Notes under the pieces: model-generated
Told to the model about the DNA's origin: nothing
The model's input: the letters and a program-made list of their open reading frames with translations, nothing else
Databases searched by the model: none
Part shown: in pieces, positions 49,140 through 58,563 of the stretch
How positions within the stretch are numbered: the first letter of the stretch is position 1
Layout: the number at the start of each line of letters is the position of its first letter
Made by a program: the position numbers and the translations under genes
Assembly (NCBI GenBank): GCA_964504365.1
Contig: CAZDDW010000001.1
Coordinates: 132,293 to 196,292, forward strand
Length of the DNA stretch: 64,000 nucleotides
From: an uncultured Gammaproteobacteria bacterium
Lineage (GTDB): Bacteria; Patescibacteriota; Patescibacteriia; UBA9934; CAZDDW01
Reading direction: 5' to 3'

Positions 49140-50204
49140 TTAAGCAAGTTTCTGTTCAATCTCAACCTCTTTGAGCTTGTCGATAATCAGGCCGATTTCA
49201 CCGTTCATGATTCCTGGCAAGTTACTCCAATTCTCATTGACTCGGTGATCAGTTACTCGGTCCTGTGGATAGTTGTAGGTTCGGATTTTTTCTGAACGCT
49301 CTCCGGTTCCAATCTGTCCACGCCGCGCTTCTTCTAATTCCTGGCGTCGTTTTTCTTCTTCCATGGCAAAGACACGGGCACGGATGATCGATAAAGCACG
49401 CTCTTTGTTTTGTTTCTGAGAGCGCTCATCCTGACAATAGACCATTAGTCCAGAAGGTAAGTGGGTAATGCGGATCGCTGAGTAAGTTGTGTTCACTGAC
49501 TGTCCACCAGCTCCAGTTGAGGTAGTTGCTTCGATCTTCAGGTCTTTTGGATCAATCTTAACGTCCACCTCTTCGGCCTCTGGCAAAACAGCCACAGTTG
49601 CAGTAGAAGTATGAATTCGTCCCTGTTTCTCAGTTTCAGGAACACGCTGTACTCGGTGCACTCCGGATTCAAACTTTAGTTTTCCATAAACCCCAGAACC
49701 TTCAATCGAAAAAATAACTTCTTTGAATCCACCCAAGTCATTTTGGCTTGAGCTGATTAACTTGCTCTTCCATCCTTGAGTCTCAGCAAAGTGACTGTAC
49801 ATGCGGAACAGGTTTCCTGCGAACAAGGCAGCTTCGTCTCCGCCAGTTCCAGCCCGAATTTCAACGATAATATTTTTCTTGTCTAATGGATCAGGTGGCA
49901 CCAAAGCAACCAACATGTTTTTTTCAAGGCTTTCCAACTGAACGCTCAAGCTTTCAATCTCAGACTCAGCCAATTCTTTCATTTCCGGATCAGTAGCCTC
50001 ACTCAAAGCCTCTTTGGCGCTGGCCAAATCTGACTGCATTTTATCTAGTTGATCTCCCAGTTCAATCACGCCCTTTAGATCGCTGTATTCCTCGTTTACC
50101 TGACGCATCTTTTTTGGATCAGAAGCCACGCTTGGATCAGCCATCTGCTGCTCCAGCTCTTGGAAACGTTCTCGGCGATTGTTTAATTCTTTACTGATGT
50201 CCAT
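49140..50204 (-). CDS. prfA: peptide chain release factor 1
   Basis: PxT tripeptide region, GGQ motif (GAGGQSVNT). Confidence 0.9.
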   Translation of the reverse strand: MDISKELNNRRERFQELEQQMADPSVASDPKKMRQVNEEYSDLKGVIELGDQLDKMQSDLASAKEALSEATDPEMKELAESEIESLSVQLESLEKNMLVALVPPDPLDKKNIIVEIRAGTGGDEAALFAGNLFRMYSHFAETQGWKSKLISSSQNDLGGFKEVIFSIEGSGVYGKLKFESGVHRVQRVPETEKQGRIHTSTATVAVLPEAEEVDVKIDPKDLKIEATTSTGAGGQSVNTTYSAIRITHLPSGLMVYCQDERSQKQNKERALSIIRARVFAMEEEKRRQELEEARRGQIGTGERSEKIRTYNYPQDRVTDHRVNENWSNLPGIMNGEIGLIIDKLKEVEIEQKLA

Positions 50205-50258
50205 ATAATCAAAAAGCGTTCTTCTATTATATTCGAAGAACGCCTTTTATTACAAATG

Positions 50259-50594
50259 TTACTCGTCAGCCTTAACAACTTTCTTTTTAACAGTTGCTGT
50301 TTTTGTGGTCTCAATTTCGTACTTTGGACCTTTGGCATCTCGCTTAGCTCGCTTAGCCGCCTTTTTAGTGGCCTTGTTTTTAGAGTCATCAGTCTTTTTG
50401 GCAGCACGAGCCTGGAATTTTTCAACACGACGGGCAGTGTCGACAATCTTCTGCGTACCAGTATAAAAAGGGTGGCAAGCTGAACAAAGCTCGATCTGAG
50501 TCTCGTCCTGAGTTGAGCCAACTTTATAAGTCGCACCACAAGCACAAGTGATAGTGGCGTCGCTGTTATAAGCTGGGTGAATATCTTTTTTCAT
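50259..50594 (-). CDS. rpmE: 50S ribosomal protein L31 with Lys-rich C-terminal extension
   Basis: MKKDIHP...CxxC...[10 protein letters not shown] zinc ribbon. Confidence 0.85.
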   Translation of the reverse strand: MKKDIHPAYNSDATITCACGATYKVGSTQDETQIELCSACHPFYTGTQKIVDTARRVEKFQARAAKKTDDSKNKATKKAAKRAKRDAKGPKYEIETTKTATVKKKVVKADE

Positions 50595-50635
50595 ACGGCA
50601 GGAGTGTACCAGGAGAAAAGAAATGTGTCAAGCGA

Positions 50636-50722
50636 GAGTTATCTGGTTTTCTGGTTATCTTGTTGTCTAGTTTCAGGAACCAAATAACCAGAGAACTAGA
50701 CAACCAGACAACTTTTGATATC
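50636..50722. repeat. palindromic element built of ctggtt/gttgtctagtt and aaccagacaac units (same family as 6024-6103)
   Basis: tctggttttctggttatcttgttgtctagtt ... aaccaaataaccagagaactagacaaccagacaac. Confidence 0.6.
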
Positions 50723-50733
50723 ATGTCTTCACT

Positions 50734-51762
50734 ATGTCAACTCCCATATCACAATACGACTACGACTTACCCACTGAATTCATAGCCCAAACACCAGTTG
50801 AGCCGCGGGATCAGTCTCGTTTGTTGGTTTTGAATCGTGACACTGGATCAATTGAGCATAAGCGATTCTATCAGATTGGAGATTTTTTACGTGATGATGA
50901 TGTGTTGGTGTTTAACGATACCAAGGTTTTTAAGGCTCGATTGCGGGGGGAAGTTGGAATACATGAGATCGAGGTTTTTCTGCTCCGCGCTGAGGATCAT
51001 GTTTGGCAGGCCATGGTTCGACCGGGACGGAAGATTGCGATTGGCTCGGAGATCGGGTTTGAAGATGGTCTGAAAGCGCATGTGATTGAAAAGTTGCCAA
51101 ACGGAATAGTTAAGATCGAATTTAGTGTTGGGGTCGACCAGGTGCTTGAATACTGCGATAGGCACGGTGAGATTCCAGTTCCTCCATACGTTAAACAACA
51201 GCCGGATCAGCTTGATACGTATCAAACCGTGTATGCTCGTGAAACTGGTTCTGTGGCCGCACCAACTGCCGGATTCCATTTCACAGATCAATTACTCGAT
51301 GAGCTGCGAGATCGCGGAATCCAAATGGAATACATCACTTTGCACGTTGGAATCGGTACGTTCCAGCCAGTTAAGACCGAGACGCTAGAAGAACACGAGA
51401 TGCATAGCGAGTTTGTGCAGGTTGATCAAGATACAGCCGATCGTATCAATCAGGCCAAAGTTGCTGGCCGCCGGATAGTTGTGGTTGGGACAACTACGAC
51501 TCGTGCACTCGAAGGTGTAGCCAGACAATCTGCTTCAGGCAAACTCGAGGCTTTTGCAAGCGATGTTAATCTGTTTATCACCCCAGGATACGAATTTAAA
51601 GTTGTTGATGCTTTAGTCACCAACTTTCATTTACCAAAATCAACCTTACTCGCCCTGGTCTCAGCCCTGGCCAGCCGTGAGCAAATATTCAAAGCTTACG
51701 AAGAAGCAAAGCAACACGGCTACCGTTTTTACTCCTTCGGTGATGCCATGTTCATTGCTTGA
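50734..51762 (+). CDS. queA: S-adenosylmethionine:tRNA ribosyltransferase-isomerase
   Basis: 342 aa; YDYDLP N-terminus and FHF/PKSTL motifs. Confidence 0.9.
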   Translation: MSTPISQYDYDLPTEFIAQTPVEPRDQSRLLVLNRDTGSIEHKRFYQIGDFLRDDDVLVFNDTKVFKARLRGEVGIHEIEVFLLRAEDHVWQAMVRPGRKIAIGSEIGFEDGLKAHVIEKLPNGIVKIEFSVGVDQVLEYCDRHGEIPVPPYVKQQPDQLDTYQTVYARETGSVAAPTAGFHFTDQLLDELRDRGIQMEYITLHVGIGTFQPVKTETLEEHEMHSEFVQVDQDTADRINQAKVAGRRIVVVGTTTTRALEGVARQSASGKLEAFASDVNLFITPGYEFKVVDALVTNFHLPKSTLLALVSALASREQIFKAYEEAKQHGYRFYSFGDAMFIA

Positions 51763-51787
51763 CAAAAGTCAGCTTATTTGCTAAGCT
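51759..51787 (+). promoter_or_regulatory. promoter TTGACA-17-TAAGCT with AGCTTATTTG spacer and inverted repeat agtcagctta/taagctgact
   Basis: hexamers and spacing; spacer motif shared with promoter at 10144. Confidence 0.5.
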
Positions 51788-51831
51788 GACTCCTTCGTTA
51801 GCTCCTTGAATCTGAACGTTGGGAGAAAAAT

Positions 51832-52329
51832 ATGTTCGTCAAAATCGCTTTGTGGACGATTTTTTGTGCAATCGTGACCGTCATTCTGATCCTGGTCAAG
51901 GTGCCTCACCCGATCTGGATCGGGATCGAAGTCCTGTTCGCCCCGCTCGAGATCTGGGCCGCCTGGATCATCGTCAGCTGGGTCCTCGGCACTCTGTTCG
52001 ATGGCTGGGATACTCACTCCAGAGGGAAGGAGTATCAGGCCACGGCCAACACCTTCGAGGTCATGGTCATTGGAGAAGGGGTCCGTGAAGTACTCGAGGC
52101 CAATGGTGGGTCGATCAGTGACCCGAAAGACGTTCATTGGCTAGGTCGCCATGGTCACCATATGCACTATGTGACCATTCCGTACGATCGTGAACCAGAC
52201 CTGTTCGATGGGGTCACCCTGATGACCTTGCCTGACAGCACGGTCTTGGCGCTCACGCCATGGCAGGATGAACAGACTGGGTGGCCGAAGAAACCATTCG
52301 TTCCTTCTCGCCTGGAACTCAAGAACTGA
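51832..52329 (+). CDS. membrane protein, hypothetical; GC-rich insert
   Basis: two N-terminal TM helices; GGGAGA RBS; terminator 52332-52356. Confidence 0.4.
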   Translation: MFVKIALWTIFCAIVTVILILVKVPHPIWIGIEVLFAPLEIWAAWIIVSWVLGTLFDGWDTHSRGKEYQATANTFEVMVIGEGVREVLEANGGSISDPKDVHWLGRHGHHMHYVTIPYDREPDLFDGVTLMTLPDSTVLALTPWQDEQTGWPKKPFVPSRLELKN

Positions 52330-52331
52330 AC

Positions 52332-52356
52332 ACCGCTCACTGCGAGCGGTCTTTTA
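52332..52356 (+). terminator. intrinsic terminator
   Basis: accgctcac-t-gcgagcggt hairpin plus CTTTT. Confidence 0.55.
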
Positions 52357-52369
52357 ATACCATCTATGC

Positions 52370-52398
52370 TTGACATATTTAAGCCAAGAAGTTATACT
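52370..52398 (+). promoter_or_regulatory. rpsB promoter TTGACA-17-TATACT
   Basis: consensus hexamers; about 105-nt leader to rpsB ATG 52505. Confidence 0.55.
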
Positions 52399-52504
52399 AT
52401 CGCCACTTAATCAATCAGGTGATTTAGCCGAGAAAGGCACGATCGAGCCCTGCTTAAACAATAAGCTCTCGAACGATATCACCGTCGTTAAAAGGAACTA
52501 TAAT

Positions 52505-53356
52505 ATGCCAAATATTCCATCTCTTGAAGAGATGTTGCAGGCCGGAGTTCACTTTGGTCACAAAACATCTCGTTGGCACCCTAAAATGGCGCCGTTTATT
52601 TTCACGGCCCGTGGCGGAGTGCATATCGTTAATTTAGAAGAAACCCAAAAGCAACTTGAAGATACTTTGGGTTATTTGAAAAGCATTGCCGCTCGTGGTG
52701 GTGTTGTTTTGTTTGTTGGGTCTAAAAAGCAGGCTAAAGGCTTTGTAAAACAGTATGCTGATCAGGTTGGTATGCCGTACGTTAATGAGCGTTGGCTTGG
52801 TGGGACTTTGACTAACTTTGGTCAGATCCAGAAACTTGTTAAGCATTATAAAAAGCTTAAAGACCAGCAGGACAAGGGTGAACTTGGAAAGTACACCAAA
52901 AAAGAGCGCTTGATGATTTCACGAGAAATTGCTGACATGGAGCGCAAGATTTTTGGAATCAGTAACATGGACAAGAAGCCAGATGCTTTGTTTATCATCG
53001 ATACCAAAACTGAGAAGACAGCAGTGCAAGAAGCAAATCATCAGAACATTCCAGTCGTTGCTGTTTGTGACACTAACGTTAATCCGGATAAAATGAAGTT
53101 TGTTGTGCCTGCAAATGATGATGCTGTTAAGTCGATTGAAATGATGTTGCGTTTGGCAGCTGAAGCGATTGCTGAAGGAAAAGCTGAGGGAACCAAGGTT
53201 GTAAATGCTGCTGAAAAGCCAGCAGAGAAAAAAGCCCCAGCAGAAGCAGAAGACGTGGCGGTTACAGAGACTTCAAAGAAAGTGGTTGAAGAGCTAGATC
53301 TAAAATTACACGATCAGATCTTGTCTGAGAAACAGGATGAGGAAAAACAAAAGTAA
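52505..53356 (+). CDS. rpsB: 30S ribosomal protein S2 with Ala/Glu/Lys-rich C-terminal extension
   Basis: MPNIPSLEEMLQAGVHFGH start after AAGGA; ORF-track start 52370 is an upstream alternative. Confidence 0.9.
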   Translation: MPNIPSLEEMLQAGVHFGHKTSRWHPKMAPFIFTARGGVHIVNLEETQKQLEDTLGYLKSIAARGGVVLFVGSKKQAKGFVKQYADQVGMPYVNERWLGGTLTNFGQIQKLVKHYKKLKDQQDKGELGKYTKKERLMISREIADMERKIFGISNMDKKPDALFIIDTKTEKTAVQEANHQNIPVVAVCDTNVNPDKMKFVVPANDDAVKSIEMMLRLAAEAIAEGKAEGTKVVNAAEKPAEKKAPAEAEDVAVTETSKKVVEELDLKLHDQILSEKQDEEKQK

Positions 53357-53385
53357 ACAACAAAATAAAATTAACAATCAAAATT

Positions 53386-53976
53386 ATGAGCATTGATGCT
53401 AAAACTGTTGTCGAGCTTCGTAAGATGACTGGAGCCGGCATGATGGATGCTAAAAAAGCTTTAGAAGCCTGTGATGGTGATTTAGAAAAAGCAGCAGAGG
53501 AGCTTCGAAAAAAAGGAGTTGCTAAAGCAGCTAAGCGTGCTGACCGTGAAACTACAGAAGGTCGCGTTTATTCTTACATCCACGCTAATGGAAAAGTTGG
53601 TGCAATGGTTGAGGTTTTGTCTGAAACAGACTTTGTTGCACGCAATGAGGCTTTCACTGAATTCTGTCACGATCTTGCCATGCACATTGTTGCCGCAGAT
53701 CCATTGTATCTAACACGTGAGGATGTTCCTGTTGAAGTGTTGGATAAAGAAAAGGAGTTGTTTGCTGCGGAAATGAAAGAGCAAAACAAACCGGATGATG
53801 TGATCGCCAAGATCGTCGAAGGCAAGATGACCAAGTACTATTCTGAGGTTTGTCTGATGGAGCAGTCATATATTAAGGACGAGGATAAGACCATCGAAGA
53901 TCTGTTGAAAGAGAAGATTGCTTCTATGGGTGAGAACATCCAGATCGGTAGATTTGCAAGATTTAATATTGGATAA
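53386..53976 (+). CDS. tsf: elongation factor Ts (short form)
   Basis: UBA-like N-term LRKMTGAGMMDAKKAL; rpsB-tsf order. Confidence 0.85.
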   Translation: MSIDAKTVVELRKMTGAGMMDAKKALEACDGDLEKAAEELRKKGVAKAAKRADRETTEGRVYSYIHANGKVGAMVEVLSETDFVARNEAFTEFCHDLAMHIVAADPLYLTREDVPVEVLDKEKELFAAEMKEQNKPDDVIAKIVEGKMTKYYSEVCLMEQSYIKDEDKTIEDLLKEKIASMGENIQIGRFARFNIG

Positions 53977-53991
53977 AAGAAATTGTTGTAA

Positions 53992-54018
53992 GGGCACCCC
54001 TTGTGGGTGCCCTTTTGT
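53992..54018 (+). terminator. intrinsic terminator, followed by extended -10 TGTGATATAAT (54017-54029)
   Basis: gggcacccc-ttgt-gggtgccc hairpin plus TTTTG. Confidence 0.6.
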
Positions 54019-54052
54019 GATATAATCAAATAGTTAAAAGTAATCTAAATTT

Positions 54053-55069
54053 ATGATCCGTGTTGCAATTAATGGTTTTGGGCGGATTGGGCGCAATACG
54101 CTCAAGGCTGGCTGGAACAATAAGAATATAAAGTTCGTAGCGATTAACGATTTGACTGAGCCAAAGATCCTGGCCCATTTGTTGAAATACGATTCAGTTT
54201 TTGGTCGTTGGGATAAAAAAGTTAGTGCAGATGCAAATCATTTGATTATTGGTGGTAAGAAGATTCCGGTTAGTTCTGAAAAGGATCCTTCGAAATTGCC
54301 ATGGGGAAAGCACGACGTTAATGTGGTCATCGAGTCAACTGGACGGTTCACAGATCGTAAGTCAGCTGGTGGACATTTGAAAGCTGGAGCCAAGCGTGTG
54401 GTCGTGTCAGCACCAGCAAAGAACACACCAACGTATTTAATGGGAGTAAATCATAAGAAGTGTCGTTTGAACGATAAGATCGTTAACAATGCTTCTTGTA
54501 CAACAAATTCGATTGCGCCTGTGGCAGCGATCATGGCTGAGACCTTTGGGGTAAAGAAAGCCATGATGACCACGATTCATTCAGTCACAGCTGGGCAGAG
54601 TACGGTCGATGGAGTTCCTAAGCCACCAAAGAATGATTTGCGTCGTTCCCGATCTGCATTGGTTAATATGATTCCTACCACAACTGGTGCAGCTGTGGCC
54701 ACTACTCAGGCCATACCACGGTTGAAGAACAAATTCGACGGTGTGGCAGTGCGTGTGCCAACGATTGATGTTTCGCTTTCTGATTTTACTTTCATGCTAC
54801 GCAAGAAAGTAACTGCAGATCAGGTGAATAAGGTATTCAAAAAGGCAGCTCGCAGCGCTCGTTGGAAAGGTGTTCTCGGAGTAACTGACGAACCAGTTGT
54901 ATCTAGTGATTTTATTGGCAGCCCATATTCTTCAGTAGTTGATTTGGGCATGACTCGGGTTGTTGATGGTGACATGGTCAAGGTTATGGCTTGGTACGAT
55001 AATGAGTGGGGATATTCAGTACACCTGCTGGGAATGGTTGAGAACACGGCACGATTTATTCGCAAGTAA
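54053..55069 (+). CDS. gap: glyceraldehyde-3-phosphate dehydrogenase
   Basis: INGFGRIGR NAD-binding motif, ASCTTN catalytic Cys. Confidence 0.9.
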   Translation: MIRVAINGFGRIGRNTLKAGWNNKNIKFVAINDLTEPKILAHLLKYDSVFGRWDKKVSADANHLIIGGKKIPVSSEKDPSKLPWGKHDVNVVIESTGRFTDRKSAGGHLKAGAKRVVVSAPAKNTPTYLMGVNHKKCRLNDKIVNNASCTTNSIAPVAAIMAETFGVKKAMMTTIHSVTAGQSTVDGVPKPPKNDLRRSRSALVNMIPTTTGAAVATTQAIPRLKNKFDGVAVRVPTIDVSLSDFTFMLRKKVTADQVNKVFKKAARSARWKGVLGVTDEPVVSSDFIGSPYSSVVDLGMTRVVDGDMVKVMAWYDNEWGYSVHLLGMVENTARFIRK

Positions 55070-55070
55070 C

Positions 55071-55979
55071 ATGAATTTGTATTTTGATTTAGTGATATTC
55101 TTTTTTCTGATCATGGTTGGAGCCTATTTGGTCGAACTAATGGTTCAGATGAGAGGAGATAAAAGAAAGCGTTTACACACGCTTTTCTTTGTTATTTTAG
55201 GAGCTGCTTGGTTAGTGATTTTTTACGGCAGTATTATCGAACCTCGCTTTATTTCAGTGAACGAATATGAGTTCAGTCTTTCTGATAACGCAAGCTCGAA
55301 CCTTCGTGTGGCAGTTTTGTCGGATTTGCACATGGGGCCATATAAAAAAGCGGGCTGGACTTCGCAGGTAGTTCGTCAAACCAATGAGCTACAGCCAGAC
55401 ATGGTTTGGTTGGTTGGTGATTATATTTTTGATCAGGCAGAGCAAGCAGACATGTTGTCTGCTTTGTCGCAAATTGAAGCGCCTCTTGGTGTGTATGCAG
55501 TGACTGGGAATCATGATTATTATGACGAGAATGTTGATTACGTGATCGCTGAACTCAAGGAGCATGGAATTACAGTGCTTCAAAATGAGTCGCAAGAGAT
55601 TGGGATTGATACAGGGGGCTTTGTTCTTGCTGGGGTCGATGATCTTTGGTACGGCGGCAATCTATCACAAACGCTCCAGGATTTGGGCACAGACGATTCA
55701 GTCGTGCTTTTGTCACATAATCCTGATGCTGTCTTATCTGAGATCGTGATTGAGAAAGCAGATCTGGTTGTTTCAGGTCATACCCACGGTGGGCAGATCC
55801 GTTTGCCTTGGCTTGGCCCGATTTCCGACATTCCAGATCTCTTGGGTCGCGACTACGATCAAGGACTGTTTGAATTTCAAGGAACAAATTTGTTGATCAG
55901 CTCTGGGTTAGGGGAAACCGGACCACGTGCTCGTCTGTTCAACCCACCAGAGATAGTTTTGTTAGAGCTCTGGTTTTAG
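55071..55979 (+). CDS. membrane-anchored metallophosphoesterase (calcineurin-like)
   Basis: GDYIFD, GNHDYY, SGHTHGGQ motifs; start at MNLYFDL. Confidence 0.7.
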   Translation: MNLYFDLVIFFFLIMVGAYLVELMVQMRGDKRKRLHTLFFVILGAAWLVIFYGSIIEPRFISVNEYEFSLSDNASSNLRVAVLSDLHMGPYKKAGWTSQVVRQTNELQPDMVWLVGDYIFDQAEQADMLSALSQIEAPLGVYAVTGNHDYYDENVDYVIAELKEHGITVLQNESQEIGIDTGGFVLAGVDDLWYGGNLSQTLQDLGTDDSVVLLSHNPDAVLSEIVIEKADLVVSGHTHGGQIRLPWLGPISDIPDLLGRDYDQGLFEFQGTNLLISSGLGETGPRARLFNPPEIVLLELWF

Positions 55980-56002
55980 GTGCTGTTTTTTGGTAAAATA
56001 GG

Positions 56003-57190
56003 TTGGCTATGCGATTGAAAACCTTACGTAATACAACCAAGCTTCAAGGGAAGCGTGTTTTAGTTAGAATCGATGCCAACGTTCCAATCAAACGTGGAAA
56101 GGCTGTTGATGGGGAATATGGGCGAATCGCTCGGGCCACTGTTGATTTGGAGTGGTTGCGACAGCGTGGTGCTAAAGTTATTGTTATGACACACTTGGGT
56201 CGGCCAGGTGGAAAGCGGATCGCGGCTTATTCAACATTGCCAGTGATGCGCCGCATTGATGAATTAATTGGTAATCACATCAAACACTGTCGTCAGGTTA
56301 CTGGTCCGTCAGCAGAAAAGATGGTTGCCAAGATGGAGGATGGGGATATATTGGTTCTGGAAAATTTACGTTATGATCCCCGTGAACGTGACAACGCAAA
56401 ATCGTTTGCCTCTACGTTGGCGGCATACGGCGATATTTATATCAATGACGCATTTGCTAATAGTCATCGTGCCCACGCCTCAATGGATGCTATTACAGAT
56501 GAGCTATCCTCTTACGCAGGCCCTTCACTGATTCATGAAGTAGAGGTGCTGGATGGTGTGATGAAAAAAGCTGGGCATCCATTTGTGCTTGCAATGGGCG
56601 GATTGAAAATGGATGATAAGATTGCGGTCATGAAAGAGTTTTTACAAAAAGCAGATACAATTGCTGTTGGTGGGGCTTTGGCCACCGCTTTTTTAGTTGC
56701 TCAAGGAACCAGTGTGGGCAAGTCGGTTTATGATAAAAAAGGTGTGGCTTTGGCTAAGAAGATGCTGCGGCAAGAGCCGGATAAATTTATTTTGCCAACT
56801 GACGTACGGGTAGCCCGTAGTCTGTCTGGTAGTTGGTCAGTGATCAAGCCAGTGGAAGAAATTAAATCGAACGAAATGATTGTTGATCTGGGCAGTAGTT
56901 CAATGCGTGCTATAAGAAAGGAGATCAAGAAAGCCAAGACGATCGTTTGGAACGGCCCATTTGGTTATTGTGAGAATAAACGTTTTTGTGATGGGACTGA
57001 AAGTTTGGCTCGAGCCATTGCACGACGCACTGGTTCAGCAAAGACGATCGTTGGTGGGGGTTACACTTTGCCAGTTGTTGAAGGTTTGCACTTGGCCAAA
57101 CGTTATACTTTATTATCAAGTGGCGGTGGAGCCATGCTCGACTTTCTGGCTGGGAAAAAGCTGCCAGGTTTAGAAGCATTAAAAATGTAG
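56003..57190 (+). CDS. pgk: phosphoglycerate kinase
   Basis: RVDANVP N-term, hinge and C-terminal GGGA motifs. Confidence 0.9.
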   Translation: MAMRLKTLRNTTKLQGKRVLVRIDANVPIKRGKAVDGEYGRIARATVDLEWLRQRGAKVIVMTHLGRPGGKRIAAYSTLPVMRRIDELIGNHIKHCRQVTGPSAEKMVAKMEDGDILVLENLRYDPRERDNAKSFASTLAAYGDIYINDAFANSHRAHASMDAITDELSSYAGPSLIHEVEVLDGVMKKAGHPFVLAMGGLKMDDKIAVMKEFLQKADTIAVGGALATAFLVAQGTSVGKSVYDKKGVALAKKMLRQEPDKFILPTDVRVARSLSGSWSVIKPVEEIKSNEMIVDLGSSSMRAIRKEIKKAKTIVWNGPFGYCENKRFCDGTESLARAIARRTGSAKTIVGGGYTLPVVEGLHLAKRYTLLSSGGGAMLDFLAGKKLPGLEALKM

Positions 57191-57194
57191 AAAT

Positions 57195-58463
57195 ATGTCA
57201 TCTGCAATAGAACACATTCACGCTCATGAGATTCTGGACTCTCGTGGCAACCCAACACTGAACGTCTCGGTGTTATTAAAGAATGGTAAGATCGGTCGAG
57301 CTTCAGTGCCCTCTGGTGCTTCCACTGGAACGCACGAGGCTTTGGAGTTACGCGATGGAGATAAGAAGCGTTATCGCGGTAAAGGTGTTTTGAAAGCTGT
57401 TCGTAATGTTAATGTTAAGATCGCCAAAGAGTTGGTTGGGATGTCTGTTTTGCACCAACGCGAGATCGATCAAAAGATGATCATGCTAGACGGGACGCTG
57501 AATAAAAAGAAGCTGGGAGCAAACGCGATCTTGGGAGTTTCGCTTGCTTGTGCTCATGCTGGAGCGAAGTCAAAGAAGATGCCGTTATACGAATACATCC
57601 GCTGGGCCTATGATTTGCAATACAAGAACTATCGACAACCAACCCCGTTGATGAACGTGTTCAATGGTGGAGCACATGCTGATACGAATCTAGACATGCA
57701 AGAGTTTATAATTATTCCCCATGGTATTAAGACCCAGCATCGACGTGTTCAGGCTGGTGCTGAGATATTTCATGCTCTAGGTGATGTTCTGTCTCGCGCT
57801 GGACTTGATACGGATGTTGGAAATGAGGGTGGCTATGCTCCGGACGTGGGCAAGACTGAACAAGCTCTTGAATACATTATGAAAGCAATCAAGAAGGCTG
57901 GTTACAAGCCTGGCAAACAGATCTCACTTGGGCTTGATGTGGCTGCCTCTGAGTTTTATAACGTAAAAAAGAATCGTTATGACTTAAGTACTGATCGACG
58001 GAAATTATCGGCTGATGGAATGACTGATCTTTATGAAGCCTGGATGAAAAAATATCCGCTGTTGTCTATCGAAGATGGATTGGATCAGGATGCTTGGGAG
58101 GATTGGCAAGAGCAAACAAAACGAATTGGTAAAAAAGTTATTTTGATCGGTGATGATTTGTTTGTTACTCAAAGCGAGCGGTTGCAAAAGGGAATTGATG
58201 AGAAGGTGGCCAATGCTATCTTGATCAAGTTGAACCAGGTCGGCAGCCTTTCAGAAACCATTGACACGATCTTGCTGGCTCAGGCAAATAAGTATAAGAT
58301 CGCTGTATCACATCGCTCTGGTGAAACCTGTGACACAACTATTGCTGATCTGGCTGTGGCTGTAAACGCGGAATACATCAAGACCGGCAGTTTGTCTCGA
58401 TCAGAAAGGTTGGCAAAGTATAATCGATTAATGGAGATCGAAGAAGAGATTAATAACCAATAA
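57195..58463 (+). CDS. eno: enolase; last codons (INNQ) and stop supplied by the repeat element
   Basis: SGETEDTTIADLAV-like motif (SGETCDTTIADLAV), Mg-binding residues. Confidence 0.9.
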   Translation: MSSAIEHIHAHEILDSRGNPTLNVSVLLKNGKIGRASVPSGASTGTHEALELRDGDKKRYRGKGVLKAVRNVNVKIAKELVGMSVLHQREIDQKMIMLDGTLNKKKLGANAILGVSLACAHAGAKSKKMPLYEYIRWAYDLQYKNYRQPTPLMNVFNGGAHADTNLDMQEFIIIPHGIKTQHRRVQAGAEIFHALGDVLSRAGLDTDVGNEGGYAPDVGKTEQALEYIMKAIKKAGYKPGKQISLGLDVAASEFYNVKKNRYDLSTDRRKLSADGMTDLYEAWMKKYPLLSIEDGLDQDAWEDWQEQTKRIGKKVILIGDDLFVTQSERLQKGIDEKVANAILIKLNQVGSLSETIDTILLAQANKYKIAVSHRSGETCDTTIADLAVAVNAEYIKTGSLSRSERLAKYNRLMEIEEEINNQ

Positions 58464-58560
58464 CCAAATAACAATGATCAAGATAATGACCAAATGATCT
58501 AATGTTCGAAAATTTGAACATTGATTATCATCTCGGTCATTGATTATTGATCATTGGTCA
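58448..58560. repeat. palindromic AATAACC-unit element between eno and gpmI (homolog of 18115-18235)
   Basis: aataaccaataaccaaataacaatgatcaagataatgacc ... ggtcattgattattgatcattggtcattt. Confidence 0.6.
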
Positions 58561-58563
58561 TTT